Source: the human T2T-CHM13v2.0 reference genome, Homo sapiens
Reading direction: 5' to 3' (one strand)
NCBI RefSeq assembly: GCF_009914755.1
Contig: NC_060926.1
DNA: 64,000 bases
Shown here: positions 18,476-31,289 of the stretch, in pieces
How positions within the stretch are numbered: position 1 is the first letter of the stretch
Layout of the letters: every line of letters starts with the position of its first letter
Position numbers and translations under genes: made by a program
Notes under the pieces: generated by a model
Database searches by the model: none
Seen by the model: only the letters and a program-made list of their open reading frames with translations
Told to the model about the DNA's origin: nothing

Positions 18476-18773
18476 GGCCAGGCTTTCATGCCTATAATTC
18501 CAGCACTTTGAGAGGTTGAGGAGGGCAGAGCCCTTGAGCCCAGGAGTTAGAGATCAACCTGGGCAAAAAATGCCATCTCTACAAAAAATACAAAAATTAG
18601 CCACATATGGTGGTGCATGCCTGTAATCTCAGCTACTCGGGAGGCTGAGGCCAAGGATTGCTTGAGCCTGGGAGGTGGAGGTTGCATTGAGCTGAGATTG
18701 CACCATTGCACTCCAGCCTGGATGACAGAGCAAGACCCTGTTTCTAAAAAATAAAAAATATTTAAAAAATAAA
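18476..18773 (+). mobile_element. AluJ-like element
   Basis: Alu body; TSD GAAATATGAATGTG. Confidence 0.93.
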
Positions 18774-19049
18774 GAAATATGAATGTGATCAGCCCATGCC
18801 CAGCCATCTTTCTTTTATTTAGAGAGTTTTGCTGGATCAGTGAAATTTTAGCTGAAACCATAGTGCTTACAGCTTATGTTGCAGGCACCCACTGTTCTGG
18901 GCCACAGGTCAGTGCTTATATACCTCCCTCCCTTGGGGGATGAAGTCATTCATAGATGCTGTTCGCATTGTTGCTCTTGTGCCAAGCAAGGTACAAGATA
19001 CACTAGTGTGAGAGGTTGAGCCCATGCCCTGACTTCAGGAAATTTCATC

Positions 19050-19692
<643 letters not shown>

Positions 19693-20458
19693 AGAGGGTG
19701 AGAAAGATAAGTCCTTGATGGTCGTGAAGCAGTGTGATTACTGTTGGGACGGGGAAGGAGAGGGTGAGCTAGGAGCAGTTTGAAAGGGCCTTAACTGAGC
19801 TTTGGCAGCTAGGGAAAGGCTTCCGGGAGGAGATGATATCTACTTCAGATGATGAGTAGGAGTGAAGTGAAGAATGAGATGGTGAGGAGTGTAGGAGGCA
19901 GTGGGGCGCAGTGTGTTTGGGGAGCTTTAAGCAGTTCAGCATGGCTGTAGTGGAGTGTGGGGGAAGTGGGGAGAAATAGGCTGGAGGGGTGGGAGGGGCC
20001 AGGCCGTGCAGATGGGGGACTCTGTTTCTTTCTGCTGGGGCAAGCTATGACCTCCTTTTCCTGGAAATGGGATTGGAGTTGTTAGAGATGAATGGATATT
20101 TGGTTTCCTTTCCACCTGGCCTGGGCAACCGAGTTGGGGAAGAAATGCTCAGCAGTGCTGAGGGTGGGGAAAAGTGTTTAAATTTTTGCCCCTTTTTCCA
20201 AGGGTAGAGCTGATGAGTTAGAGCAGTTCTTACCAATGAGATGAATTCTATCTTTATGAAAGTTGGAATCTTTGGAATATTCCAAATATATTAATATTTT
20301 GAATATCTTAGGTTAAATAAGATATTAAAATTAATTTCAAATTCAAATTAATTTTAAATTAATTTGATTTCATTAAAATCTGGAATATCCAGATTTTAGC
20401 CTATTTTATTGACAGAGGAGGTGTGATTTGCAATAACAATGCTCTTAAAAAGGATTAC

Positions 20459-20498
20459 CATCATCATCATCACCATCATCATCTTCATCATCATCATC
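20459..20498. repeat. Imperfect (CAT)n microsatellite
   Basis: CATCATCATCATCACCATCATCATCTTCATCATCATCATC. Confidence 0.95.
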
Positions 20499-21047
20499 CT
20501 TTTGAAGCAAAATAATCCAAAAGGAGTAACAGGGATGACATTTAAGGTTCAGAATTCTATAGGGATGGTACAGCCCGGGTCCTAAAGCAAGGATATTGTA
20601 CTATTTTATCATCTTGTAGGGTGCAATGCATCCAGAAGATAAAGGCCAAAGATTATACATCAGAGAACCACCAGAATCTTTCTGTTCTTGCAGGGAGCAT
20701 CTTTACTCACATGGCTATAGTCACCGAAATTCCAACCGAGTAATAAACTAAATGCCTGGGTGTGGGATGTTCAGAAGTTTCACTTCTTTGTGTGGTTTGG
20801 CTTTGCTCTTAACACACAGGAAAATTGTTAGCATCTGAGAGTTCACTTGTCTGGAAATGGTTAGTTTTCACATTGCCTTCTTTGCCTTGGGGTTTCTCTG
20901 GGGGAAGGTGGGAGGGCAGATTTTGTCCAGAGCAGTTTCCCACAGATGAATGTTCTTTGGCCCTGGAAGGCTCACAGCTGCATTACTTCTACCTAAGAAG
21001 AGGAGATTCTCCAAGGAAGGGGAAGTTTTTAGACGATTGTTCATTTA

Positions 21048-21580
21048 TTCTTCCCATTTATTGAGCACTTACTATGTGCCAGGGCCTATACTAGTCACTG
21101 AGAATAGACAGATGAGTTAAAGGGGAGCCCTTACTCCACTGAGCTAATAATCAGGTCAGAGAGACTAACATAGAATGAAATAAGTTGGCTATGGTGTGGT
21201 TCAATGTTTTAGGAAAGTTATGCACAGCAAGCTCTGCAAACCCAAGGGAGGAAGACATTCAAATTCCATGTGGATGGGGGAGAAAGGGCAGGAGAGTCTT
21301 CACCTAGGAGGTAACATTTCAGCTGGGCCCTGAAATGTGAGCAGAAGAAGGTAGACACAGTGGGGAAGGCTACCCGAGGTGGTATGAAAGCACAGGGCTT
21401 GCTTGGGGAGTTGTGGGCCTGTGCATAAAGTGTTGAGGGATGAGACTGGACAGATAGGGGCTGGAAGAGCTGGGAAGAACCTGGAATGGCATCCCTATGG
21501 ATGTGGGCTTCTTCCAGGAGACTTTTCAGTTGGCGGGTGACAAGATCCAGTCTGTTTTTGAAAGGACTCCAGCAGTGCTG
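21048..21580 (-). mobile_element. L2 fragment
   Basis: TTCATTTATTC...TTTATTGAGCACTTACTATGTGCCAGG. Confidence 0.75.
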
Positions 21581-23129
21581 AAGCCTAAATGGGAGGGGAA
21601 GGAATACTCAACAGTCTGGGGCCAGGTGAGCTGGAAAACCACACCTGTCTGCAGTTCCTTCCTCCTCTCTGGAAAATGTCCAGCAAGTCCCTTGGACCAC
21701 CAGGCAAAGGTGAGCTTCTTAGAGTGGAATAACCTTCTAGCTCCTTAAACAGGTAGCCTATGGGGCACGTGTCATTGGGATTCACAGACAACTTACCCTT
21801 TGTCTGCTGATGACAGACTTTCCCTTTGTCCACACTCCATGGTTAGAAAGAGCCTTAGTCACCAAGTTGGATGGTTCATTGCATCCCACCATCCAGCCCA
21901 CTGGGGCCAAAGTTGCCTGGCCGGGGCTTGGAGAGCCTGGTCCTTTCCTGGTGCCTGTGTCTTTAGGGCTGGCTGGGAGGCTGGACTGTCTCCACTGATG
22001 TGATGCTGGCCTTTATAACAACTGCGAAGTGGCAGAAACCTTCGTGAAACGTGAAGTTTCCGTTGGCCGCCTGCCACTGTTCCCACTGCACACTGACGCT
22101 CCACCCGAGGCAGGATGCCCTGCCCTGCGGAGTGGTTGGAAGTGATAAATACATTTGTTTTTGAATTAAAATCTTTCCTGGCATGGGGAGGAAATGCATC
22201 TGCAGCTGGCCTCGTCTCACTGCTCCCCAAGCCTCCCCAAGCAGGCTGCCATGCCAGCCTGCTCTCTGTGAGCCTGGCTTTTGCACTGGAGGCCTGGGTA
22301 ATGATTACATTGGCTTACTGGAGCCCAATACTCCAAGGGCAGGGGCACTAGGATGAAAGGCCGTCGAAACAGCTTATCAACATCAAAGCTACCCTAATCA
22401 CACCACTCCAGTTATCAAAGCCCAGCCCAACCCTGCTCCTCATGTCCCTTATTATGGCAATATGCTCTGTTTATTTCCACCCTGTGAGTGGCAGGAAGTC
22501 AGATGGTCCCCAGATACCCCTCAGGAGGCTGGACACTTACCCAGCTGGTGAAGCAACATTTATTTCACTCTTCATCTGCTTAGCAAAGTTGAGCAATTGG
22601 GTGCCTTTTTAAGAGGTTTCTGTGAACTCCAAACCCCAGATGCAGCCATGATAGTAGGAGTGCCGATGGCAGGAGCAGGTGTGCCCAGGGAGATGGATGG
22701 GGTGGGTGAAACTAGGGCAGGCCTTCCCTGGCCGCTCCACAGGGCAACTGGCAGCCTGTATTGTGAGCACTCTTGTATGACACATCCATGGACAGGTGTT
22801 TGCTAAGCAACCTACATGTGCCAAGTACTATTGTCCATTTTGTGAGCGAGAAACTATAGTTTTAATTTAAGCTGCATTGTATGGTAATAATGAGGAAATT
22901 GTTTGGCTAGCCAATTCTGTTTGGTTGATACATACTGGCTAATTTCTGGGGAGACAGAAATTATGATATTAACAATCATTTGCTCTTTATTGTCCCAGCC
23001 TGGTAAGATATGTTATCCTTCGATGAAAAACACAACCCAAAAGTTTACCCTTAGTTGTCTGTTTAGGTATCACTTACAGAGGGCTGAGGGCCATGGATTT
23101 GCTGAATTAACAAACAGTATAATATTGCA

Positions 23130-23290
23130 GTTAAGATAGTTCGGTCTGGAGACACACCAACTGGGTTCAGATCCTCCCAAAGCTGTGTGACTTTGGGCAA
23201 GTCACTCCACTTTCTCGAAGCTTGGTTTCTGCATCTGTAAAAGGGAGATACGAATATGACCAACCTCATTAGGTCATTGTGAGAATTAAA
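23130..23290 (+). mobile_element. MIR SINE
   Basis: CTGGGTTCAGATCC...GCTGTGTGACTTTGGGCAAGTCACT...CATCTGTAAAAGGGAGATA. Confidence 0.85.
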
Positions 23291-23324
23291 AGAAAGCCCA
23301 AGAAAAGGTACTGAATGACTATTC

Positions 23325-23660
23325 AGTAATATTGTTAAGTGCCTACTCTGTGCTAGGAGTAATAGAGGAGAATATAGTCCCTATCTGCAGGTGTTCCAAG
23401 TCTAGTGGGAAAAATAGATATTGACACAGGATGCTAAGCATGGAAATACAGGCATGTACAAAATCCCTTCCAACTTGAGTATCTAACTTCATGGAGAAAT
23501 TGAGGAGGGATTTGCAGAGAAGGCAACCTTTAGCTAAACATTGAAGGGTGGTTAGGAGTTCACCAGATGCAAAAAGATCTGAAAGAAACTTCTGGACAGT
23601 GACAACAGCTTTTACAAAGGCAAAGATGCAGGAAAGAGCATGGCCCAATCTGGGAACTAT
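23325..23660 (-). mobile_element. L2 fragment
   Basis: AGTGCCTACTCTGTGCTAGG...AAAGGCAAAGATGCAGGAAAGAGCATGG. Confidence 0.6.
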
Positions 23661-24684
23661 AGGAACTGATAGAAGAGGAAAAATTTTTAAGGATAAAATT
23701 GTGATTTTTCATAGAATTATAAATTGTGTATCAAATATTTTATTTAACTCAATTCATGAGAAAACAAGTAAGATGTTAGAAATAGTTCAAAGAAAAATCC
23801 AAAGAACGCTCATATATAGGTGATCAGAAATGCTGAACAGAATTTAAAATAGATGCAAAAGTGGTCCATATCTACAGGGCAATAATTTACTGCATCTTGA
23901 GGGATGCATTTACACATTTAAGGCCAAAAATCATTTGCATCACTTTCACTAATTTATAACTTCTAGTAATAAAATATAAAATAGCACGGAACAAGGGAAA
24001 TTGAAGACAGCCTAGTAGGGAGCATTGGACCGGACACCCAGGAATCTTTTCAATTTCACACTTCAAAGTCTTCCACGATTTTTCCTGACAGAGTGGATTC
24101 TTTTTATTGGAGAACCAGAGGGCAGGGTGGGGAGGGGATGAGAGGGAATTGAGGCCTGAACTGTGGGTGGGGACCAAATCACAAGGAGCCTCGCTGGCCA
24201 TGCTGGGGAGTCTGAGTTTTATTCTGCAGCCCACAGTGTGAAGGATGGATGCGGTGGTGCTGAGGCTGGAAGACTGGGCCCAGGGGAGAAGTGAGGAGGT
24301 CCTGAACCAAGGTGGCAAGAATAGAGATGGAGGCATGGGGTTGAACTGGGTATGAAGCAAAGGGGATGTCCAGGGTGTCTTAGGTTTCAGGAGGAGAGGT
24401 ACATGACCAGGTCATTTGAGGGGGCTCTAAGGAAGAGCTTTTCTTTATGTGCACCCCAAGGGTGATGTTTTCTTGGGAGGCCTTCATTGCATTTGTTAGA
24501 AATTTGGGAGAAGGAATTTTCTTATAGGTAGCTTTCCTGGAAAAGAATGTACATCTTGATTTTCTCTCTTGGTTTATCTAAATACTCTGATTTCCAAAAT
24601 ATACCAATTTCTATCCCAAATCCATTTGGATCTCTTGATTCAAATAAAGAGATTGGAATGTTTTCTCTAATTGCCCCTGTAAAT

Positions 24685-24730
24685 ACACACACACACGCAC
24701 GCATGCATGCACGCACGCATGCACGCACCC
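24685..24730. repeat. (CA)n/(CACG)n alternating purine-pyrimidine tract
   Basis: ACACACACACACGCACGCATGCATGCACGCACGCATGCACGCAC. Confidence 0.9.
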
Positions 24731-24992
24731 ACCGTATCCATTCTCCTCCCTTCTCTGTGACTTCCCCAAATGGTATCAGCTGGTTCCCTTGTCCTCTGTC
24801 CTGATTGGGTTTGGTGCCTGGAGAGTGGGATGAGAGACAGGTTAGAGTTGTATTTATTTCGCCAGCCTCTGCCTGCTTTGGTGTGGTGCTGGCACAGCTG
24901 TGGTGGTCTCTGACGACAGCTGTTGCTGGGCTTCAGGGCTCAAGTAGGCTCCACAACACCTTCTTTTCCATCTCCTCTCAGGCTTAGGGGTA

Positions 24993-25138
24993 TGTTATGG
25001 GTGGAATTATGTCCCACCCAAATTCATATGTTGAAGTCCTAACCCCCAGTACCTCAGAATGTGATCTTATATGGAAACAGGGTCGTTGAAGATGTAGTTA
25101 GTTAAGATGAGGTCATTCTGGGGCAGGGTGGGCCCCAG
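24993..25138 (+). mobile_element. MLT1 (MaLR) LTR 5' fragment
   Basis: TGTTATGGGTGGAATTATGTCCC...AAATTCATATGTTGAAGTCCTAACCCCCAGTACCTCAGAATGTGA. Confidence 0.85.
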
Positions 25139-26339
25139 TCTTTCCTTATGAGAAATGTTATGTTCCTGGTCTTTATATGCTTATCTGAGTTGTTTTGTAT
25201 TGGAATTGTTGTTTACGTAAACTTGGGAGTATTATTATAGAGAACAGTTTGCATTTTTTTTAGCCCACAACTACTGTAAATGGCAGCAGGCCAGAGCAAG
25301 AGATGGTAGTAGAAAACACACACACAACCCTACTGTTGCTTTCCAGGGTGGCAAAACTCTTGCACGTTAATGCCTACAGTCTGGGTGACTTCCTGGGCAA
25401 GCTAGGCCCTCATACTTCCATCTCCATATTGGGACCACATCTGTGTAGGGGCCTTCACCTTAAGCGCCAGGAAAAGCAATATTAGATCTAACTAGACACA
25501 CTTGTCTGTCTCCAGCCTTAGCGTATTAGAAGGGCTTGTTGTATGCTGTGGAGTGTCGCATTCCAACGGCCACTGCAAGTTGAAGACACAAGTATCTCAT
25601 TATCCCACAGCCCTTTTCTCTCTCCTTCACGCTAGTGTCTGAACAAAGGTTAGACTGTATTCTTTGGCTGGGTTTCCAGATTTCTCCTCTGACCAGTAGA
25701 GAATGAAAAGATCTCTTCTTAGCTTAGTAGTCTCATTTATTTTCTCCACTCAGGAAAAGACACATCACCAGTTAATATCAGAGGTGATAAAGTGACACTT
25801 GGGCAAGGTCATACAAATGGCAGATGTCCACACTGTTAATTTTCTCAGAGCTGAAATGCCACCATCTGTTCTTTTAAATGTGTGTGGCACTTCGTATTTA
25901 AAAGCCTGTTCAACATATCTCATTCTAGAACTTTCTGTCTACAGAATGTTGTGCCAAACAGGTGGGTCTGTGGTGGTAGGAGAATCCTCACAGCAGTACA
26001 ATACAGCAGTACAATGAAGTTTACAATAGAAATTTCTTCCATATTTGGACTTAAGCCAGCTTTCCCAGCAGTTTTCAAAATAGTTCTAGTCATAAAAACT
26101 CTCTCAGCTATCAGAGTAACATTGATCCTGCCCCTGTTTACCAGGCAGCTTTGCCCTGGCCAAGGCATTCCCTGATATATTAATATAAATGTTATAATAA
26201 CCAGGCAAATACTTTTTATTTTTACTTTTTATTTTTGGCAGATGATTCTGGCTTTCAATTTTGAAGAGTATAATAACACTCCATTTATTTATGTATATTT
26301 ATTTTTGATAAATAATAAATTAATAAAATAATAAATATG

Positions 26340-26636
<297 letters not shown>

Positions 26637-26651
26637 CAAAACTCTTTTTTA

Positions 26652-26654
<3 letters not shown>

Positions 26655-26698
<44 letters not shown>
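26655..26698. repeat. (TG)22 microsatellite occupying the tail position of the next Alu
   Basis: Pure TG run joined directly to the reverse Alu 3' end. Confidence 0.97.
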
Positions 26699-26699
<1 letters not shown>

Positions 26700-26977
26700 C
26701 AAAGTCTTATTCTGTCACCCAGGCTGGAGTGCAGTGGTGCAATCATGGCTCACTGCAGCCTTGAACTCCCGGACTCAAGTGATCCTCTTGCCTCAGCCTC
26801 CTGAGTAGCTGGGACCACAGGCGCATGCCATCATGCTGGACTAATTTTTTAACTTTTTGTAGAGATGGAGTTTCACCATGTTGCCCAGGCTGGTCTTGAA
26901 CTCCTGGCCTCAAGCAATCCTCCTGCCTCAGCTTCCCAAAGATCTAGGATAACTGGCATGACTCACTGCATCTGACG
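26697..26977 (-). mobile_element. AluJ-like element
   Basis: Reverse Alu, GCAGCCTTGAACTCCCGGACTCAAGTGATCC. Confidence 0.92.
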
Positions 26978-27461
26978 CTAAAATTCCTTTTAAAAGGCAG
27001 TTGGTGCTATGTCCATTTGACATTTTGAAGATGGAATGACCAAAGTGTAGAAAACCCTGGTCTTTGAAAATGCAAGTGATTCTTCACTCAGCAAATAGAT
27101 CCAGTCCCTCACAAACAAAAATTTCAGTGCAATCCAAACAAAAGTCAAATAGAAAAGTCAAAAGCATCCCCCTTTGCCCAGCCCTAACAGATCCCGTGTC
27201 CTGAGCACATGGCTCAGTTCTCATGGCTGTGGCTCAGCCACACCGGCCAAACCCAGCACCATTGGGGGTCCCTCCCCAGGCCCCATTTGCATGCCAGGGG
27301 AGAGACTGGCTTGTTCTGTGAAGACATTGTCTATTCAGGAGCTGAGGCTGTGCCCCTCTTCTGGTGGCTCCTGGATTTACCTCAGCCCAGTCTCGTGTGC
27401 GCCAGGGGTGGAGGCAGCAGCAGGCTGCACCAGGCTCTTGCACCTTCTTCACATATTTACA

Positions 27462-27920
27462 CAGTGGACTCATTCCTTGTGGCTGCCATGACAAATCACT
27501 ACAAACTTGGTGGCTTAAAAACAACTGATGTTTCTTCTGTCACAGTTCTGGAGTCCAGATGTCCGAAATCAAGGTATTGGCAGGGTTGGTTCCTTCTGGA
27601 GGCTCTGAGGGAGAAAGCACCCCAGGCCTCTCTCCCAGATTCTGGTGTTTGCTGTCACCCCTTGGCCTTCTTTGGCTTGTAGATGCATCACTCTGATCCC
27701 TGCTTCTGCCCTCACACAGCCTTCTCCTCCACATGTATCTACAAATTTCCCTCTTATAAGAATACCGGTCACTGGACTAGAACCCACGCTAATCCAGTGT
27801 GATCTCAAATTCACCTGATCACATGTGAAAGACCCCATTTCCAGACAAGGCATATTCACAGCTACCAGGAGTTAGGCTGTCAACATAACTTGCAAGGGGG
27901 ACACAGTTACACCCAGTACA
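27462..27920 (-). mobile_element. MLT1 (B/C-like) MaLR LTR
   Basis: GGCTGCCATGACAAATCACTACAAACTTGGTGGCTTAAAAACAAC...CACAGTTCTGGAG...AAATCAAGGT. Confidence 0.88.
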
Positions 27921-28310
27921 CACATCACAGCCTTTCTAAACAGCCACAGCATTTTAGAATTGAAGAATAATTTCAAACGTGTCCAAGAGTCAAATCCTGC
28001 CTCCCCACCCTCCTGGGTTAGGTGCTGATTACATTCAATCTGTTTCCTTATCAGCAGGGTGTGGAGGACAGTAGTGCCTGCCCTGTGAGTTTATGTGAGG
28101 ATTAGCTGGGGCAATACACATGAAACAGCGCCTGGCACAGAGCAAGCTGCAATGATGTTACATAATCTTCTAACAGTCTCCAGATAGGTGCAGTCAGCCT
28201 CACAGAAACCAGTCGGTGCTCCATAGGATCCTTGACAAGAAAAAAATGACTTTCATGCTGGTCTGGAAAACAGAATTAAGCTTTTGGGATCAAGAATAAG
28301 TGCTAGTCAG

Positions 28311-28483
28311 GACCAGGCACAGTGGCTGATGCCTGTAATCCCAGCACTTTGGGAGGCTGAGGCAGGCAGATCATGAGGTCAGGAGATCGAGACCATCCTG
28401 GCTAACACGGTGAAACTCCGTCTCTACTAAAAATACAAGAAAAATTAGCTGGGTGTGGTGGCAGGCGCCTGTAGTCCCAGCTA
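28311..28483 (+). mobile_element. AluY/Sc-like element, 3'-truncated, no tail
   Basis: GAGATCGAGACCATCCTGGCTAACACGG; ends at GTAGTCCCAGCTA. Confidence 0.93.
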
Positions 28484-28684
28484 GCACAAAAGAAGCTGCT
28501 GGCTGCCCAACCAGTTTGTACTTTCCTTGTTAACAGGACCCCTGAGTAGTCCAAGATGCCTTTGCTAGCAGGGCTGGCTAGTGACATCCAAGCAGTAGGG
28601 ATGGGGGCTTCCAAGACCACTCTTTAAAGGAAGCCTATTCATCTGACAGGGCCGTTTTACAACCAACCTACCACCACAATCCAG

Positions 28685-28686
<2 letters not shown>

Positions 28687-28722
<36 letters not shown>
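28687..28722. repeat. (GT)18 microsatellite
   Basis: Pure GT run. Confidence 0.97.
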
Positions 28723-28725
<3 letters not shown>

Positions 28726-29289
28726 CTTTCATCTAAACACAGGGCAGGTTGGTTAATCTTTGAAATCCCAATTAGGAGCCTATCTTCCAGGGCATGGTGA
28801 ATACATTTGCAGGGCTCTGCTTGGAGTCCACTCTCCAGACATGGCTGAAGACCACCACTTGAATCTTCACATGGTCTGTTAATTAGCATAAGAGATTTTC
28901 ATGGACAAAATGTGGGTTGGCTACAGATATTGTAAAGGTAAAGGCACCTCTCCCCCTGCATTAATGTGGTATTAGAATGAGATGGCCAGCTTAACCCCCT
29001 TTGCAGCGGTGTTGTGGAAGGGGCCTTAGTTGTGTTCTGTGCCCCAACAGATAGCAGAGGATTCAGTCACTAATGCCACTGGAATTTGAACTGACTCTGC
29101 TGCTGGAGCTTATATGTTTTTGTGCCTGCTTATTCATAAATGTTGGTATGTGTGGCAGAATTCTGAATGAAATCTGCCTTCATTTTCACACACCTCACAG
29201 TGAGGTCATTGGGGAGGGGAACTGTGGCTTTTATAGACCTCTAGCTATTGAAGATGGCCATTATCTGCCAAAAATGAACCTGACAGATG

Positions 29290-29800
29290 TGAATAGCCAA
29301 ATTGACTTAGGTCAGTTGTCAGCAGCCTGGCCACCATGTTTGGATGGGCAACTGTCCCACAGTTGTGATTACTTAGAGCAGAAGGGGATATTGGTCTAAG
29401 CAGTGGCAATGGGTTCCTTCTCCTGCCAGTTTGGAATTCAGGCTGAGAAATAGGAGTCTCAGGCACTACTTACTGCTGAAGTGGAGGGAATGTAAGCCCA
29501 CGAGTGATGAGGAGGACATGTGGATGGCCAGGGAAGAAAGATGGTCTGCCGAGAGAAAAAGAGGGAGTGCACATGCAGGCAGGGATAGAGACCACGGGGC
29601 CCCACCAAGAGGGAGGGTGTGAGGGGCGGGAGTGAGGCTGCAGGGAGCTCCCGTGGCTCCTGCTGGCTTTCTGGTTCTAGGTTTTCAGCTCCTTGGGATC
29701 ATCTGACTGGTCTTCCTGCCCTGAGGTTCCAGGATACACTCCTCTATCCTACAATAAATGACTCCCTGTTATTGATTAAGTCAGTTGTGCCCATCTGAAC
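29290..29800 (+). mobile_element. Degenerate ERVL LTR (LTR33/LTR41-like)
   Basis: CTTCCTGCCCTGAGGTTCCAGGATACAC...AATAAAT...CCC 3' pattern. Confidence 0.4.
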
Positions 29801-31289
29801 TCATTCAGGTGACCCTAATGAAGGCAGCACTAAGATCAGAGAGCAGAGGTCACTTGGGGCCAGTTTTGTCAGGTTTAAAGAAGTAAAGACTCTGAAGGTA
29901 CACAACATAGTCAGCATCCAAGGTAGAAAACGTGCACACCTATGGCTTGCTTCATGGGAGAATAAATTAGTGGAAATATGTTTACTAAAGAGAGTAGTTT
30001 TGATTATGTATTATATTAGAGTACATAGTTAAGTCATCTACTATGTAAGGTCCCAGCTTTCTTTTCTCTTGATGTAATTAGCTATTAGGTTTATGTTAAG
30101 CCTTATTGCTGTTTTGTTTTGCTTTTTAAATCCATCAGCATTTAAAGAAAAGAAAAAGCTGGGCTATAATGGAGAGAACACGAAAGATTAGGCTGTGTTG
30201 AGAACACCAGATTCTTACTAAACACCTACTCTGGGCAGCCTGGTATAGTGGAAAGCACTAATTCTGAGCTGAGAGGCCCACGTCAAGTTTTGGTTTAGTC
30301 TCTTCCTCAGAGTTCTCAGGCAAATAATTTCATCTTGTTTGGGCTTTTCTAGATTGTCTGTAAAACAAAGGGGCTGGAGTAGATATACTTTAAGATCTCC
30401 TGTAGCTCCTAAGGGCTATGATGTAGGATGTGCTGGGCATTATGCTATATTCAGTGGCCAACAGAAAAATGGGGACAATCCCAGGCCCTCATGGAGGTCA
30501 ATGTTCAGCAGGTAAAATATGCATACAACCTTATTTAGTTTACAAAGAGGCAAAACACTACAGGAAAACATTTAACTTCCTCCAATAATTGTTGACTTAA
30601 AATACAAACTTAAATACCTTTGAAATTGGATGCTGAGAGGTTGATCATCTAAGTAAAGAAAGATCATCTAAAATAAAGGTAAGGCAAGGGCCCAAGAATA
30701 CCTCCTCTTCACAGTTAGGGACCTTAGTTTCCCTTCTTTCTGTATTCCTAAAAATAAATAACCAGATAGAACTCTTTTACTTCCCCCCACCCCAAATCAC
30801 CACATTTAACTTTTCAAATGGGAGAATCAGCCATTTAATGGAAAATCTGAATTTCGCATGGAGGATGAAACATAATAAAGGGAGAATTAAATCACAAGGC
30901 ACCAAACAAGTATCTTCTGCCCCCTTACAGAGACTAGGCCCCTTTTTTGTAGAATTCATTTGAAAAATGGGGTAATGTGTGCCTACCCCACTTGCTTATT
31001 ATCATGAACATTATCTTTAACACAATAGGCAATTTAATTCTGTTAATGATAATTTAATAATTTACAAAAAAAAATTTAATGCACAGGAGCCCTCCTTTAT
31101 CCCCAATTTTTACATGAAGAAATGAGGCCCAGGGAGGTGAATCAGTTAACGTAAGGCCACACATTTGGTGCCTGGCAGATCCAAGGTTAGAACCATCCGC
31201 CTATATAAGCCCAGAAAATCCAGTGGACTCCATGGACTACAGGCAAGCAGATTTCTGGAGAGCACGTGTGAAATCTACATAGTGGGACA

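Noticed and set aside
21990-22330. CpG-containing unique block as an enhancer
   Set aside because: It looks enhancer-like, but nothing in the sequence alone supports the call.
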